64,000 nucleotides of DNA, from the NCBI GenBank assembly GCA_951406725.2, contig OX597838.1, positions 15,934,001 to 15,998,000 on the forward strand, given 5' to 3'. Source of the stretch: Octopus vulgaris (lineage: Eukaryota). Below are positions 12,453-24,665 of the stretch, one piece after another. Each line of letters starts with the position of its first letter. The stretch's first letter is position 1. The translations under genes were made by a program, and so were the position numbers. Under the pieces are notes generated by a model. It searched no databases and had not been told where the DNA came from. It saw only the letters and a list, made by a program, of their open reading frames with translations.

Positions 12453-12713
12453 TAGAACAGCGCGCACGCGCGCCCGTATCTGCGTGAGAGGGTTTTAATG
12501 TATCGGTGTGTTAGTGATGTCGTGTAGATCCCATAATGTGTTTGTGTGAATGGGAATATGCTAATATGTGTGCGTGTGTGTGCGTGTGTGTCGATACATT
12601 GAAGTGTATGCATATGATGCTATGTACGCGGATATGCTATTATTCCAGTGTGCATATATATCTAGATGTGTGTGCATATGTGTGTGGATGTGTATGCATA
12701 AGTGTGTGGATGC

Positions 12714-12752
<39 letters not shown>

Positions 12753-12808
12753 AGACATGTTTCTATGTATCAGTGTATATGCGTGAGTGTGTGTGTGTGT
12801 ATGTGCAT

Positions 12809-12859
<51 letters not shown>

Positions 12860-13542
12860 TATGCGTGTGTGTGTGTGAAGAACACGAAAAGAAAACAATA
12901 CTAAATGTAGTAAAATAAGAGTGAAGACGAATGAAAAATAATATTTTCATATTACTCTAAAGTAAAAATATATACATAATATATAAATATACTCAAAAGA
13001 GGATACGAAGTAAACTCGTAGCTACACATGGGCCGCTCCCCTATTTATGTACATACGTATATACATAGTTCATAAATACACTTATACATACATATATACA
13101 TACGTACATACGAATGTATGTGTGCTTGTATTATCAGTTCATGGCTTTGATGTACAGTATCCAAAGCTTGACAGATGTAAAAACACATATTGGGTTATTC
13201 AGATGTCGTAATGCTAACTGGTAAGACAGCCCCCAAAACCTTGAAGAGGGCTGGCTGTTCATTGGACAGTGCGTAAAGTTCATTTCCGCTACTCACTTCA
13301 GGTCACATGACGCCAATAATTAGAAGACTTGCAAACTGCTGCAAGTGGCTGCTGGATATTGTTAAACTGTTGCTGAATGGTGAACAACTTTGATGCAACA
13401 GATAAGAGAATCTTTTCTTGCTGAAATTAGTTATTTCAAGTAAAACGTCAGTGAAAAATACGAAACAGTGTTGTTATCATCTAAAGATAAAAAACTATCT
13501 AATTGGGAATTCCGCTAATGAAGGTTGTTAATATGTTAAGTC

Positions 13543-13902
13543 GGATATTTTCCTTTTGAACGGCACATGTCAACATAATTTCTAGTTAACTAAACACTTT
13601 AAAACTTCGTATACTGGTAGAATGTGTCAAAATAAAACATTTTTTCTCTTGGCTTTCTTGAGAAAATTGTAATTTGTAAGTTTAACGTAGTTTAATTTTT
13701 CGAATTTTAACCAATCGATGGCCTTTATTTAGCTAAAATTCGAAAATTTAAACTACGTTAAACTTACAAATTACAATTTTCTCAAGAAAGCCAAGAGAAA
13801 AAAATGTTTTATTTTGACACATTCTACCAGTATACGAAGTTTTAAAGTGTTTTAGTTAACTAGAAATTGTGTTAACAGGTACCGTTCAAAAGGAAAAGAT
13901 CC
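13543..13902. mobile_element. Fold-back MITE with about 167-bp TIRs and 8-bp TSD (Merlin- or MULE-like)
   Basis: Arms 13543-13709 and 13734-13902, 24-bp spacer, GGAT...ATCC termini, TSD GTTAAGTC at 13535-13542 and 13903-13910. Confidence 0.88.
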
Positions 13903-14499
13903 GTTAAGTCTTCTTGTTAAGAAATACAGAAACTACTGCATAAAGTCCAAGGCAGGGCTAACTAACCATAATATTATAGATATTAAAAGTTTCTCGTATT
14001 TCTGTTTGCTTCAGGAATGGTGTATAATAAAAGCCAAACTAGATTGTTGGTTATGCTCACAGAGAAAGCTAAGCGGAACGGACGAGTAAAACAAATTATT
14101 TTCCTCTTCACATAAATAACTTATGGTTTTTAAGATTTCTTTAGTCTTTGGGTCCAGGGAAATGACCTGAGCAGCATAACATGATGCATACTACTCAAGA
14201 ACCTTCTGTAGTCCCTCTTAAGTTTCCTTGTTAAGAAATACAGAAACTATTGCAAAAAAAGTTGAATTTCACAAGGAAGCACAGAGACATCGGGTGAATA
14301 AAGATGTGGCCTTATTGATTATGTTCTAAGTTATGCTGAAATGGAAAATTCTATTGCTGGGAAGCCTCTCGATAAAATGAGAGAGGCGGGGCGAGTTTTC
14401 GAGACCGTGGACCCAAAGGAGTATATATGCTGAGCGAATCTTCTCTTGAAATCTTTGATTGTGAGTCTTGTACTACATTTCTTTTGAATATCCTTTCAA

Positions 14500-14652
14500 T
14501 TACAGGTACTACTCATTTTCGCCTGCTGAGTGGACTGGAGTAACGTGCAATAAAGTGTCTTGTTCAAGGGCACAACGCGTCGCCGGGAATTGAACTCATG
14601 ACTTTACACTCGTGAGCCGAATGCCCTAACCACTAAGCCACGCGCCTTCACA
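14500..14652 (-). mobile_element. CORE-type tRNA SINE (family E), 5' part
   Basis: Minus strand: GAAGGCGCGTGGCTTAGTGGTTAGGG..GAGTTCAATTCCCGG..TGTGCCCTTGAACAAGACACTTTA..CTCCAGTCCACTCAGC. Confidence 0.8.
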
Positions 14653-14681
14653 TATATACATCTAATATAGTTGAATAAGAT

Positions 14682-14890
14682 TCTCTTTTACTCTTTTACT
14701 TGTTTCAGTCATTTGACTGTGGCCATGCTGGAGCACCGTCTTTAGTCAAGCAAATCAACACCAGGACTTATTCTTTGTAAGTCTAGTATTTATTCTATCG
14801 GTCCCTTATGCCGAACCGCTAACTTACGGGGACTTAAACACACCAGCATCGGTTGTCAAGCAATGTTGGAGGGACAAACACAGACACACC

Positions 14891-14965
<75 letters not shown>

Positions 14966-15142
14966 ATACATATATATGTATACATATATACGACGGGCTT
15001 CTTTCAGTTTCCGTCTACCAAATCCACTCACAAGGCTTTGGTCGGCCTGAGACTACAGTAGAAGACACTTGCCCAAGGTGCCACGCAGTGGGACTGAACC
15101 CGGAACCATGTGGTTTGTAAGCAAGCTACTTACCACACAGCC
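14682..15142 (-). mobile_element. SINE family A
   Basis: Reverse complement of the family A consensus; extreme 5' bases missing. Confidence 0.9.
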
Positions 15143-15352
15143 GAGTAAAATATTTGTAGTATGATATGCAAAGCTCGTCCAAGGCTATTGGCTACCTGCT
15201 CAACATACAGAGCAAATGCTCTTCCTACTCGATATATACCAGGTTCCGTATTATCCGTAGAGTTCACATGAATAGTTAAATTGTAGAAAATGGGTATGCA
15301 TTTTCACACTGGGTGAAATTACTGTGGGCTCTAACGAAGGACTTATTCAAGC

Positions 15353-15459
15353 AATCTCCTGAGGAGGCGCATTTTACACTTAGATGGATGATAATGATTA
15401 CACAACATCACACCAATGTACAACGGGTATAAGAATGAGTCGAAACAATTGTAGTGTTT
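15353..15459 (+). ncRNA. Decayed type I hammerhead motif with long stem II
   Basis: CTGAGGA(15359-15365)-GGCGCATTTTACAC...GTATAAGAATGAGTC-GAAA-CAATT-GTA^. Palindromic helix III ACAATTGT; stem I (aatctc/gtgttt) partly mismatched. Confidence 0.6.
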
Positions 15460-15497
15460 TTAACTAGAGGATGTCGCTCATTCCATTTTCTATCATT

Positions 15498-15553
<56 letters not shown>

Positions 15554-15580
15554 CTCTGTCTGTCTCTCTCTCTCTCTGTG

Positions 15581-15651
<71 letters not shown>

Positions 15652-15653
<2 letters not shown>

Positions 15654-15797
15654 AGCAGTTCGGCAAAAGCGACCGATCGAGTAAGTACTGGGCTTACAAA
15701 GAATAAGTCCCGGGGTCGATTTGCTCGACTAAAGGCGGTGCTCCAGCATGGCCGCAGTAGAATGACTGAAACAAGTAAAAGAGTAAAAGAGTAAAGA
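15652..15797 (+). mobile_element. SINE family A, 3' part
   Basis: AGCAGTTCGGCAAAAG...GGTGCTCCAGCATGGCCGCAG...AAGTAAAAGAGTAAAAGAG. Confidence 0.88.
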
Positions 15798-15867
15798 GTA
15801 TATATATAAAGGGAGAATTCACACAAAAAAAAACAAAAGACGAACCACATATATACACATATACATA

Positions 15868-15938
<71 letters not shown>

Positions 15939-16433
15939 GAGAGAGACAGAGACAGAGAGAGAGATAGAAAGACAGAGAGAGAGAGAGAGAGAGAGAGATA
16001 TGGATGTATGGATACGCGCATGCACACACACACACACATACATATTCACGCATACCGACAATATCAAGGGTCATATTATTACAAATGGACGTAAAAATGT
16101 ACTTAATCTAAACCGCAAAGATAAGCAGCACAATAAAGGAAAGTAAAAAACGATAAAATCATATCAAAGTGCTGATCAGCTATCTTTATGTATATACAAC
16201 TAGAGCAGGCGAGATACGTTTCTACACAGTCTACTAAGTACTGACAAAAGACTGGAGGTAATTAGCGGAGGTTAAAGATTATTCATTTTTATAAATATAT
16301 TTCACAAATTAATTACTGCTGAAAACAAATTAACGACTATTTCTCTCCACCACTTGTAATGGAAAAAATCACTCCGTATAAGCTATATTTACAGGACGAG
16401 AAACAATTTATTTTCTCACGATGATGGCGCATG

Positions 16434-16488
<55 letters not shown>

Positions 16489-16799
16489 ACACACGCACGC
16501 ACATACACACTCACAAAGATAAATACTGTCATACGCAACCACAAAGATAGGCTTGGGAGGTCCTTAAGCAGGTATCCTGGTATTTCAAATAATTACTCTC
16601 AGCACCAGCGTTTTAGCTGATAGGAGAGAATGCGAGGGAAAATTTGAAGTTCTGTGCGCTCTACGAACGAATTATACATGCATACATACATACATACATA
16701 CATACATACATACATACATACATACATACATACATACATACATACATCGTTCCATCTATCTATTGATCCATCCATTAATTCATCCATCACTCCATCCAT

Positions 16800-18110
16800 T
16801 GCTCTTTCCGAAAGTTCTCCGGAAAAGAGCGGCTAGATGATCTTCTTCGACGCCCAAGGTCTCTCCAAGTACGTCGTTGCACTTTTCCTCTGCTAATCAT
16901 CTATAAAAGGCTGCAGTGGACGTTCCATCTATCGCAGTATCCGATTGGCTGAGGGCTGTGAGCGCTTGAAGACATTCCACTTTCCACATGCTCCCCCTCG
17001 GTCTCTATTTTACCCAGGACTGCAGCTCTGTTAAATAAACTAGCTGCGGAAATACGTATCTGGCGAACGCTGACCACGCTTGTTCACCGTCAAGGAAGCA
17101 CTGGATATGTCGTAGCCTTTGCGCATATCTGTGCAACAACCACGGCTTGCCCAGGCCACCACTCAGGCAACCGACAGCAGATAGACCACCTGACCAACGA
17201 GACGAGTCTCTTCCACAAGAAGTGGAAGAGTATATGCTCTAGCATTATCAGACGGTGGCCAGGACAAGGCACGATGGTCAAGCGATAGTAAATGACGGAC
17301 GCAAAATACGCGTTAGCCACATCTGTCCGACCTTTCAGGGATAGCTTTCTCTCAGCTCATTTCTGGGTGAGAGTAGTCACCCTGCTCGTTACCTCGTCCC
17401 AGTTTTTGTCCATCTGAAGGTCTGGACCGAACCAGACCCCAAGCAATTTAACCGGTCCCTCCGTCCAGCGCCCAACGCCCAACGACGCAGTTGGACGGTA
17501 TGGACTTGCTTCTCCAGGTGCCGAGCCGCAAGCCCATTGATTTTTCCTGGTTAATTCATCGCTCTTGAAACCGCCGCGTAGTCCCTGAGAGCGGTGCCGA
17601 TAATTTCTATGTGTTTATGATCCGACACCACTACGGTGACGTCGTTGGCATTTGCCGACACGCATCTCCAATATCCTAGGTCATGCGGGATGCTTCTAAA
17701 CGCCTCCAGTTTGGGTAGTAGCTCGGGAGTCAGTACATACAAGAGAGACGAGAGGGAGCAACCTTGCCAGATCGTGCCAGGTTCTTTAGCCACATTCTCA
17801 ATGATGTATCGCGTGAGTTGGAAGTTGTCGTAGATGGATCTTTTCAGGATGGCAGATGTCTGTGCCTCCCCTACCAGATTCCCGACGTCAAGCGCCAACC
17901 TCGTAGCTAACACCTTGGTAAAAATTTTGAACTCTGCATTCAGCAGAGTTATGGGCCTAAAGTTGTCAATACAACCCACCCTTGTTCGGATCTTTTCTCA
18001 GCAACGCCACCGCTCCTCGGCTCACAAAACTGGGAATTCTCCCATTCTGTTGCCAGTTGCAGTAAACATTTACTAAGAGGTCGCCGAACAGGTCTGGCAT
18101 GTATGCGTAA
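16800..18110 (-). pseudogene. Decayed L1/Tx1-clade LINE reverse transcriptase
   Basis: NFRPITLLNAEFKIFTKVLATRL..EAQT..RSIYDN; QGCSLSSLLY (QGCPLSP motif); ANANDVT (degenerate YADD); GRWTEGPVKLLGVWFG. Internal deletion and stops. Confidence 0.85.
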
Positions 18111-18849
18111 AAGTGGTACACGAGTAATTATTGCTCTATCATAAAAATGAACAGATGACACTCATATCATAGATGTTTGCTTGGCTTAGCTGCCTGACTG
18201 TACGTCTGGCTGGCTGGCAACCCGCGTTTAACTGGGTTTTCTGATTGATGATAGCCTGACCGTACATCAGATGTTGAAAACAGCGTATGGCAATAGTGTT
18301 TGTTTATTTATAGAACGAAGTTGGTGTTTTGCTTTATTATTTTATTATTTTATTTTATAACAATTTTCTCTGTGAGAGGAAAGAAAAAAATGTTTAAATA
18401 AATTTATCAAACACGGGTTGTAAATATAAAACATACTTTCGGTGGCCAGCTGGAGTTAGGGTACTTGGTGCAATAGTTAAGTGTGGGACTAGCTTTTCCA
18501 CCTGTTTACTGTTCTGTGAGAGAAGTCTGCATTCGGTACACATATAATTCGGTCGTAGTTTTCAGGGATTTTTTTCTTCTTCTAAAAAGTTTGAAAAGTC
18601 GATTTATAGGACCACAGCTATCGGTGGTCGTGGGTTCAATACTCGGGTTGGGTACTGCATTGCATTCTGCATGTAAACACATTTATCAATAAACATGTAC
18701 TTCATTTGAATAGCTCCGAACAAGCTATAAGATGTCGCAAGAGTACTCAACTTCGACTGAAATACTTCTTATAGCAAAACAGCTGTAAATGACTCCTGTT
18801 TCTACCTTTTTTTTTGTCATTCATTAATTGAAGAAGTTTGTTTCTTATC

Positions 18850-19196
18850 TACATGGTTCCGGGTTCAATCCTTCTGCGTGGCACCTTGGGCAAGTGTCTT
18901 CCACTGTAGCCCCAGGCCGACAAAAGCTTTGTGAGTGGATTTGGTAGACGGAAACTGAAAGAAGTCCGTCGTATAAATGTATTTAAGTGTGCGTGTGTGT
19001 GTATCTGTGTATGTGTTTGTCGCCCACCACCGCTTGACAACCGGTGTTGGTGTGTTTACGTCACGTATCCAAGCGATTCGACAAATGATACCGATAGAGT
19101 AAGTGCCAGGCTTTATAAAAAAAAGTAATAAGTACTGTGCTCGATAGGTTCAGCTAAATTTTTTTAAGGCTGTGCCCCAGCAAGGCCGCGGTCAAT
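18850..19196 (+). mobile_element. SINE family A, diverged, 5' truncated
   Basis: CATGGTTCCGGGTTCAATCC..CACCTTGGGCAAGTG..GTGCCCCAGCAAGGCCGCGGTCAA. Confidence 0.85.
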
Positions 19197-19581
19197 ATCC
19201 ACTACTGCTTCTCAGTCTCCTTGTAGATGGCTTGAGTCTTGGCATCACTGCACCCACTGCTTTTCATCTGAACGAAAAAGGACGTTTATACCTGTGAACA
19301 GTTAACAATCCTTTTCAGGGCTATTGTGAGAACGATAACACGGCCCTTTACATTTAATTCTTGAACCCCCTGCGATGTTCTTGTGGCTTCTCCAAGGCTT
19401 TTCACCCTGTTGTTACTACATTATTTATGGTGTATTGGAAAAATCACTTCCTTCTCAATGTCAATTTTTGCAACTTAACGCAAAAAATATTTAAAGAGAT
19501 GTACAACGAAAAAAATGGTTGAACTTATTAAGACCATTGCCTAGTATTTAATACCCGAGTAACACCCGGTACTCCTGCTAG

Positions 19582-19982
19582 TCTATATATATAAAAGAAA
19601 AGTTGTGTGGTGTCTGTCTCCTACGATTTAGATTCCTAACTACTCCCACATTTTGCAGTGCAGTTTAACCAAAAGCGGGTATCTTATAGTTGTGATTCAT
19701 ATCGGGCCCTTCTGGGTATTAGCGCGCGTCTACGATGAGTCTACGATTTGATAAAAAAATTACCATCACTTTTTTCCATTTTTAATGCATTTTTTGCTAT
19801 TATATAAGGGAAGTAACTCTCTAAAAATGTCTACGATGAGTCTACGATTAAAAAAAAAATTACCATAATTTTTTTCCATTTTTAATGCATTTTTTGCTAT
19901 TATATAAGGGAAGTAACTCTCTAAAAATGCTTATATAGTTATTTCCCTTACAAACCCGAGCAACGCCGGGCGATACTGCTAG
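19582..19982 (+). mobile_element. Non-autonomous Helitron
   Basis: 5' TCTATATATATAAAA; 3' hairpin CCCGAGCAACGCCGGG then CTAG followed by T; internal ~101-bp tandem duplication 19728-19828/19829-19929. Confidence 0.8.
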
Positions 19983-20639
19983 TTTATAATAAAGCAGAAG
20001 ATTTTGGTTTCCAAGTGGCTTCAATGCTGAAGTAAAGTAGCAAAATTCCTTCTTTTATTGGTTATGGTGTTTTTGCAGGGCAAATAGTCAGCTATAGTAC
20101 TATTATTAATAATACTAATAAATTTTTATATAGAATAAAGAAACTATTAAGACATTTAATAAAACAAGGGTTCAGATTTCGTAAATTGGTTAAAACTTTT
20201 AATCGCTGTTTAGGTGGGAAACTTGAAATTTTAAATAAACATGGGGTAGCATCTAGTCTTCAACTTAGCAAATATTTAAATATTTGTAAAGATTTGGAAT
20301 GTTTCCGATCAAGTTATTTGCTTACTACGTCACCAATATTGTTTGAGACAAATGAGGAAGTAATAATTACGTTCTACGTCATCTATAGTTAAAATAATCG
20401 TTTCAGTTCCAGAAGTGATGGAACCACGTGGTTTGAAAAACATGTAAGTGTTAATACTTTGTTGTTTTATTATCTTTTAAACACTTTCAGGATCTTTATA
20501 TTTTGACCGACAGATTATTACTGTTATTAAATACTCTACAGAATATTTGCAGTTCTGAATAGGAACACGGAATTACATAACGAGTAAAGTTACCAGTAAC
20601 TAGTATCTTTTTTCGAAGCTTGACTACTATATAAGGATC

Positions 20640-20857
20640 AGACACGTTAGCGCGCCGGGCGGAATGCTTAGCGGTATTTCGTCTGTCGTTACGTTCTGAG
20701 TTCAAATTCCGCCGAGGTCGACTTTGCCTTTCATCCTTTCGGGGTCGATAAATAAAAGTACCAGTTTCGCACTGGGGTCGATGTAATCGACTTAATCCCT
20801 TTGTCTGTCCTTGTTTGTCCTCTCTATGTTTAGCCCCTTGTGGGCAATAGTAAAATA
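20640..20857 (+). mobile_element. SINE family B, 5' truncated
   Basis: Family B body and tail; TSD TATATAAGGATC at 20628-20639 and 20858-20869. Confidence 0.9.
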
Positions 20858-21085
20858 TATATAAGGATCGCTGTGGACAGCCCGTATATTTTTTTATCGT
20901 ACATTTAATTTTTTTCTATATGGTATAATTTAATTATATCATTGTTATTTCATTGTTGAATTGATAAAAGATGGTTCTTCTCTCATTTATATACGTATAT
21001 TATATTTTGTGAAATTTGATTTAGTATTACGAAATTGAACTTTTCCCTGTAAGTTTTAAATAATATTCGCTAATATTATTATTTT

Positions 21086-21378
21086 GTGTGGAGGCACATG
21101 GCCTAGTGGTTAGAGCAGCGGACTCGGGATCGAGGGTTCGAATCTCAGACCGTGCGATATGTGTGTTTATGAGTGAAACACCTAAGCTCCACGCGGCTCC
21201 GGCAGAAGGTAATGGCGAACTTCTGCTGACTCTTTCGCCACAACTTTCTCTCATTCTTTCCTCCTGCATCTTGCAGCTCACTTGCGACAGACCGGTGTCC
21301 CGTCCAAGTGGGGAACCTATACGCCAAGAAACCGGGAAACCGGCCCTTATGAGCCAGGCATGGCTCGAGAAGGAACAA
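21086..21378 (+). mobile_element. tRNA-derived SINE family D
   Basis: Head shared with family C (GGAGGCACATGGCCTAGTGGTTAGAGCAGCGGACTCG); distinct 3' part TGCGACAGACCGGTGTCCCGTCCA..GAAACCGGGAAACCGGCCC. Confidence 0.88.
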
Positions 21379-21411
21379 CCCCAAAAATATTATTATTATT
21401 ATTATTATTAT

Positions 21412-21519
<108 letters not shown>

Positions 21520-21527
21520 TTATTGGT

Positions 21528-21885
21528 AGGCGGAGGTGTGGTTATGTGGTTAGAAGTTTGCTTCCCTACCATATGGCTCCTGGTTCAATCCCACAGCGTA
21601 GCACTTTGGGAAATTGTCTTTTTCTATAGCTTCGGGCTGACCACAGTCTTGAGAGTGGATTTCGTCGACAGAAACTGAAAGAAGACCGTTGTGTGTGTCT
21701 GTGTTAGTCCTCCACCACCGCTTGACAACCGATGATGGTGTGTTCAAGTTCCTGTAACTTAGCGGTTCAGCAAAAATGGCCGATAGAATAAGTACTAAGC
21801 CTTCAAAATTAAGTCCTGATTTGTTCGACTAAAACCTTTCAAGGAGGTGCCCCAGTATGGCCGCAGTCAAATGACTGAAGATAAA
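21528..21885 (+). mobile_element. SINE family A, diverged
   Basis: Homology to family A throughout. Confidence 0.8.
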
Positions 21886-22992
21886 AGAACTATCTATTTC
21901 TTTCTCTCTGTCTATATATATAGAGAGAGGGAGAGAGTGTGAAAGAGAGAAATAGGGTGGGGAGAGTGGAGGAGGGAGAGAAAGAAGTGAGAATTGGCGA
22001 CATTCCTTCGCGAAATAAAAATTTTTGTTTATTTCTATGGTGATGTGTTTAGTGCGAAACGGTAAACAGGTGACGATAGTTGGGGTGGAGAATGGATGGG
22101 TGGGAAGAAGAAATGATCGGGGTAGATGGGGTGAGATTAGATTGAAGGTGGGTAGGAGTTTAAGTGCCGCAAGGGAAACCGGGGCGGTGGGTGTATCCGT
22201 TCGGATGGGGGTTTTGGATGCTGCTGGTGCTGATTGTGATGGTGCTGATTGTGATGATGATGGTAAAGTTAGGAGTAGTGTAGGTGTTGGTTTTCGTGTT
22301 ACTGGTGGAGGTGGTGGTGGTGGTCGCGATGGTGGGGAAGGCGTTGGCGGATGGTGTCAGTGGAACTGGAGAAGTTATTGAATTATGGAGAAGTTTGGCG
22401 AGGACACACAGCTGCGGCGGTAGTGGTGGTGGTGGTGGTGGTGGTAGTGGTGGTGGTGGTAGTGGTGGTGGTGGTGGTGGTAGTGGTGGTGGTGGTCGTG
22501 TTATACTGTGTAGAGGGCAAAGCGGTAAACGAGAGGGAACAAAGTATGCGCGCGCATGTGTGCGTAGTGTAGCGTAGGAGATGGCACGTCTGTAGGTGCC
22601 GCTGGTTGTGGAGATGGAAGGGTAGCAGGGCAAGATGAGGGGAGGTCAAGCGAGAATCGATCTGGCGGCGAGAATCGGGTGGAGCGGAGCGGAGTGTGGT
22701 TTTGGAAAATATGGTGAAGATGCCGGAGATGAAGTTGATGAGGGTAGATTATAGATATTCGTGTTTCCTTCTCTCTTTCCCCTCTCCCCCATACTCGCAG
22801 GGTTGAGAGTAAGAAGCAACATACAGTGAAGAGGTGGTCAGCTTGGATTTCCAAGTCCTTACGATTTCTGAAGGTCACGCCAGAGCTGTTCCCACTTGTT
22901 GAAGGCAGCGTAACAAAACCGTTTGAGATTGATGGAGTAGCGCAAAAATCCTAGTTGTTATGCATGTGGTAGTAAAAAAAAATATAGATAAA

Positions 22993-23159
22993 TAGGCACA
23001 GGAGTGGCTGTGTGGTAAGTAGCTTGTTTACCAACCACATGGTTCCGGGTTCAGTCCCACTGCGTGGCACCTTGGGCAAGTGTCTTCTACTATAGCCTCG
23101 GGCCGACCAAAGCCTTTTGAGTGGATTTGGTAGACGGAAACTGAAAGAAGCCCGTCGTA

Positions 23160-23235
<76 letters not shown>

Positions 23236-23462
23236 TGTGTCTGTGTTTGTCCGCCACCCAACATCGCTTGACAACCGATGCTGGAGTGTTTATGTCCCCG
23301 TTACTTAGCAGTTCGGCATAAGAGACCGATAGAATAAGTACTGGGCTTACAAAGAATAAGTCCCGGGGTCGAGTTGCTCGATTAAAGGTTGTGCTCCAGC
23401 ATGGCTGCTGTCAAATGACTGAAACAAGTAATAGAGTAAAGAGTAAAGAGTAAAGAGTAAGT
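22993..23462 (+). mobile_element. SINE family A
   Basis: Full consensus with internal microsatellite and (AGAGTAA)n tail. Confidence 0.92.
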
Positions 23463-23761
23463 AAAACACTTGTGGGCCTTTTGTCATGAAGAACATGTAC
23501 GAAGCACGAGTGCAGGGAATATGAACTATTCTTTCGAACAACGAAAGACACAAATGGAAAACAAAACAAACATAAAGAACGACCCTTCATCAGCTGTTGG
23601 CTGATATGTGTATGTACACTAACACACACGCATCACTTCGACACCTGAGCGTGGAACACCTTGCAGCTGTTCAGCCAGCGTCGATTTGTTGGAGGGTGTG
23701 AGCTAATGTACAGCACAAACATTTGTTCACTGTAAACAAAAAATGTCTGCAGGTCGTTTGG

Positions 23762-23836
<75 letters not shown>

Positions 23837-23883
23837 CCTACCTACCTACCTACCTACCTACCTACCTACCTACCTATCTATGG

Positions 23884-23932
<49 letters not shown>

Positions 23933-24010
23933 CCTACCTACCTACCTACCTACCTACCTACCTACCTACCTACCTACCTACCTACGTATCTATCGATCTA
24001 TCTATCTATG

Positions 24011-24044
<34 letters not shown>

Positions 24045-24247
24045 CACATACATATGCAAATATATATATACGTATGTGTGTGTGTATGTATGTGTGTGTA
24101 TGTATGTATGCGTGTGTGTACGTATATACATATTTACCCCGGGACACAGAACATATATGCATTTCTGGATCATATATGCATTATATAACGTCGGTAAATC
24201 CGCAAAAGAAGCACACTCTAAGTCATACTCTAAAGATAGATAAGGAC

Positions 24248-24321
24248 GGTCTACGGGATTACCCTGGGTTTCACGTCCATGAAGCGTTTAACTTTACAGT
24301 GTATCATCAGACCCCACAACC
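24248..24321 (-). ncRNA. Type I hammerhead ribozyme, intact core
   Basis: Minus strand: ggttgtggggt-CTGATGA-t-acactgtaaagttaaacgcttcatggacgt-GAAA-CCCAGG-GTA^-atcccgtagacc. Stem I about 11 bp including G-U pairs. Confidence 0.7.
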
Positions 24322-24336
24322 AACAGGGTGCCAACA

Positions 24337-24410
24337 GGTTTTGGGGTGTGATGATACGCTGTAAAGCTAAACGCTTTATGCACGTGAAACCCAGGGTAAA
24401 TCCACAAATC
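24337..24410 (+). ncRNA. Type I hammerhead motif, C3->G variant
   Basis: ggttttggggt-GTGATGA-t-acgctgtaaagctaaacgctttatgcacgt-GAAA-CCCAGG-GTA^-aatccacaaatc. Confidence 0.55.
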
Positions 24411-24634
24411 GGCCTTATCTATCTTGATATATATATATATATATATATATATTTAGGCGCAGGCTATACACGCACAAAATGCATGTTTCAGTTTCTGTCA
24501 ACCAAATCCAGTCATAAGGTTTTGGTCAGCCCGGATCTATTGTAGATACTATAGTAGATAACGCGCAATGAGATTGAACCAAAGACCATATGGTTGGGAA
24601 GCAAACTTCTTAAGCACACACCTACGCCAACCCC

Positions 24635-24665
<31 letters not shown>

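Larger units (their letters stand above)
24233..24425. mobile_element. Inverted-repeat element whose two arms each encode a hammerhead
   Basis: 89-bp arms 24233-24321 and 24337-24425 (about 13 differences), 15-nt loop. Confidence 0.75.
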
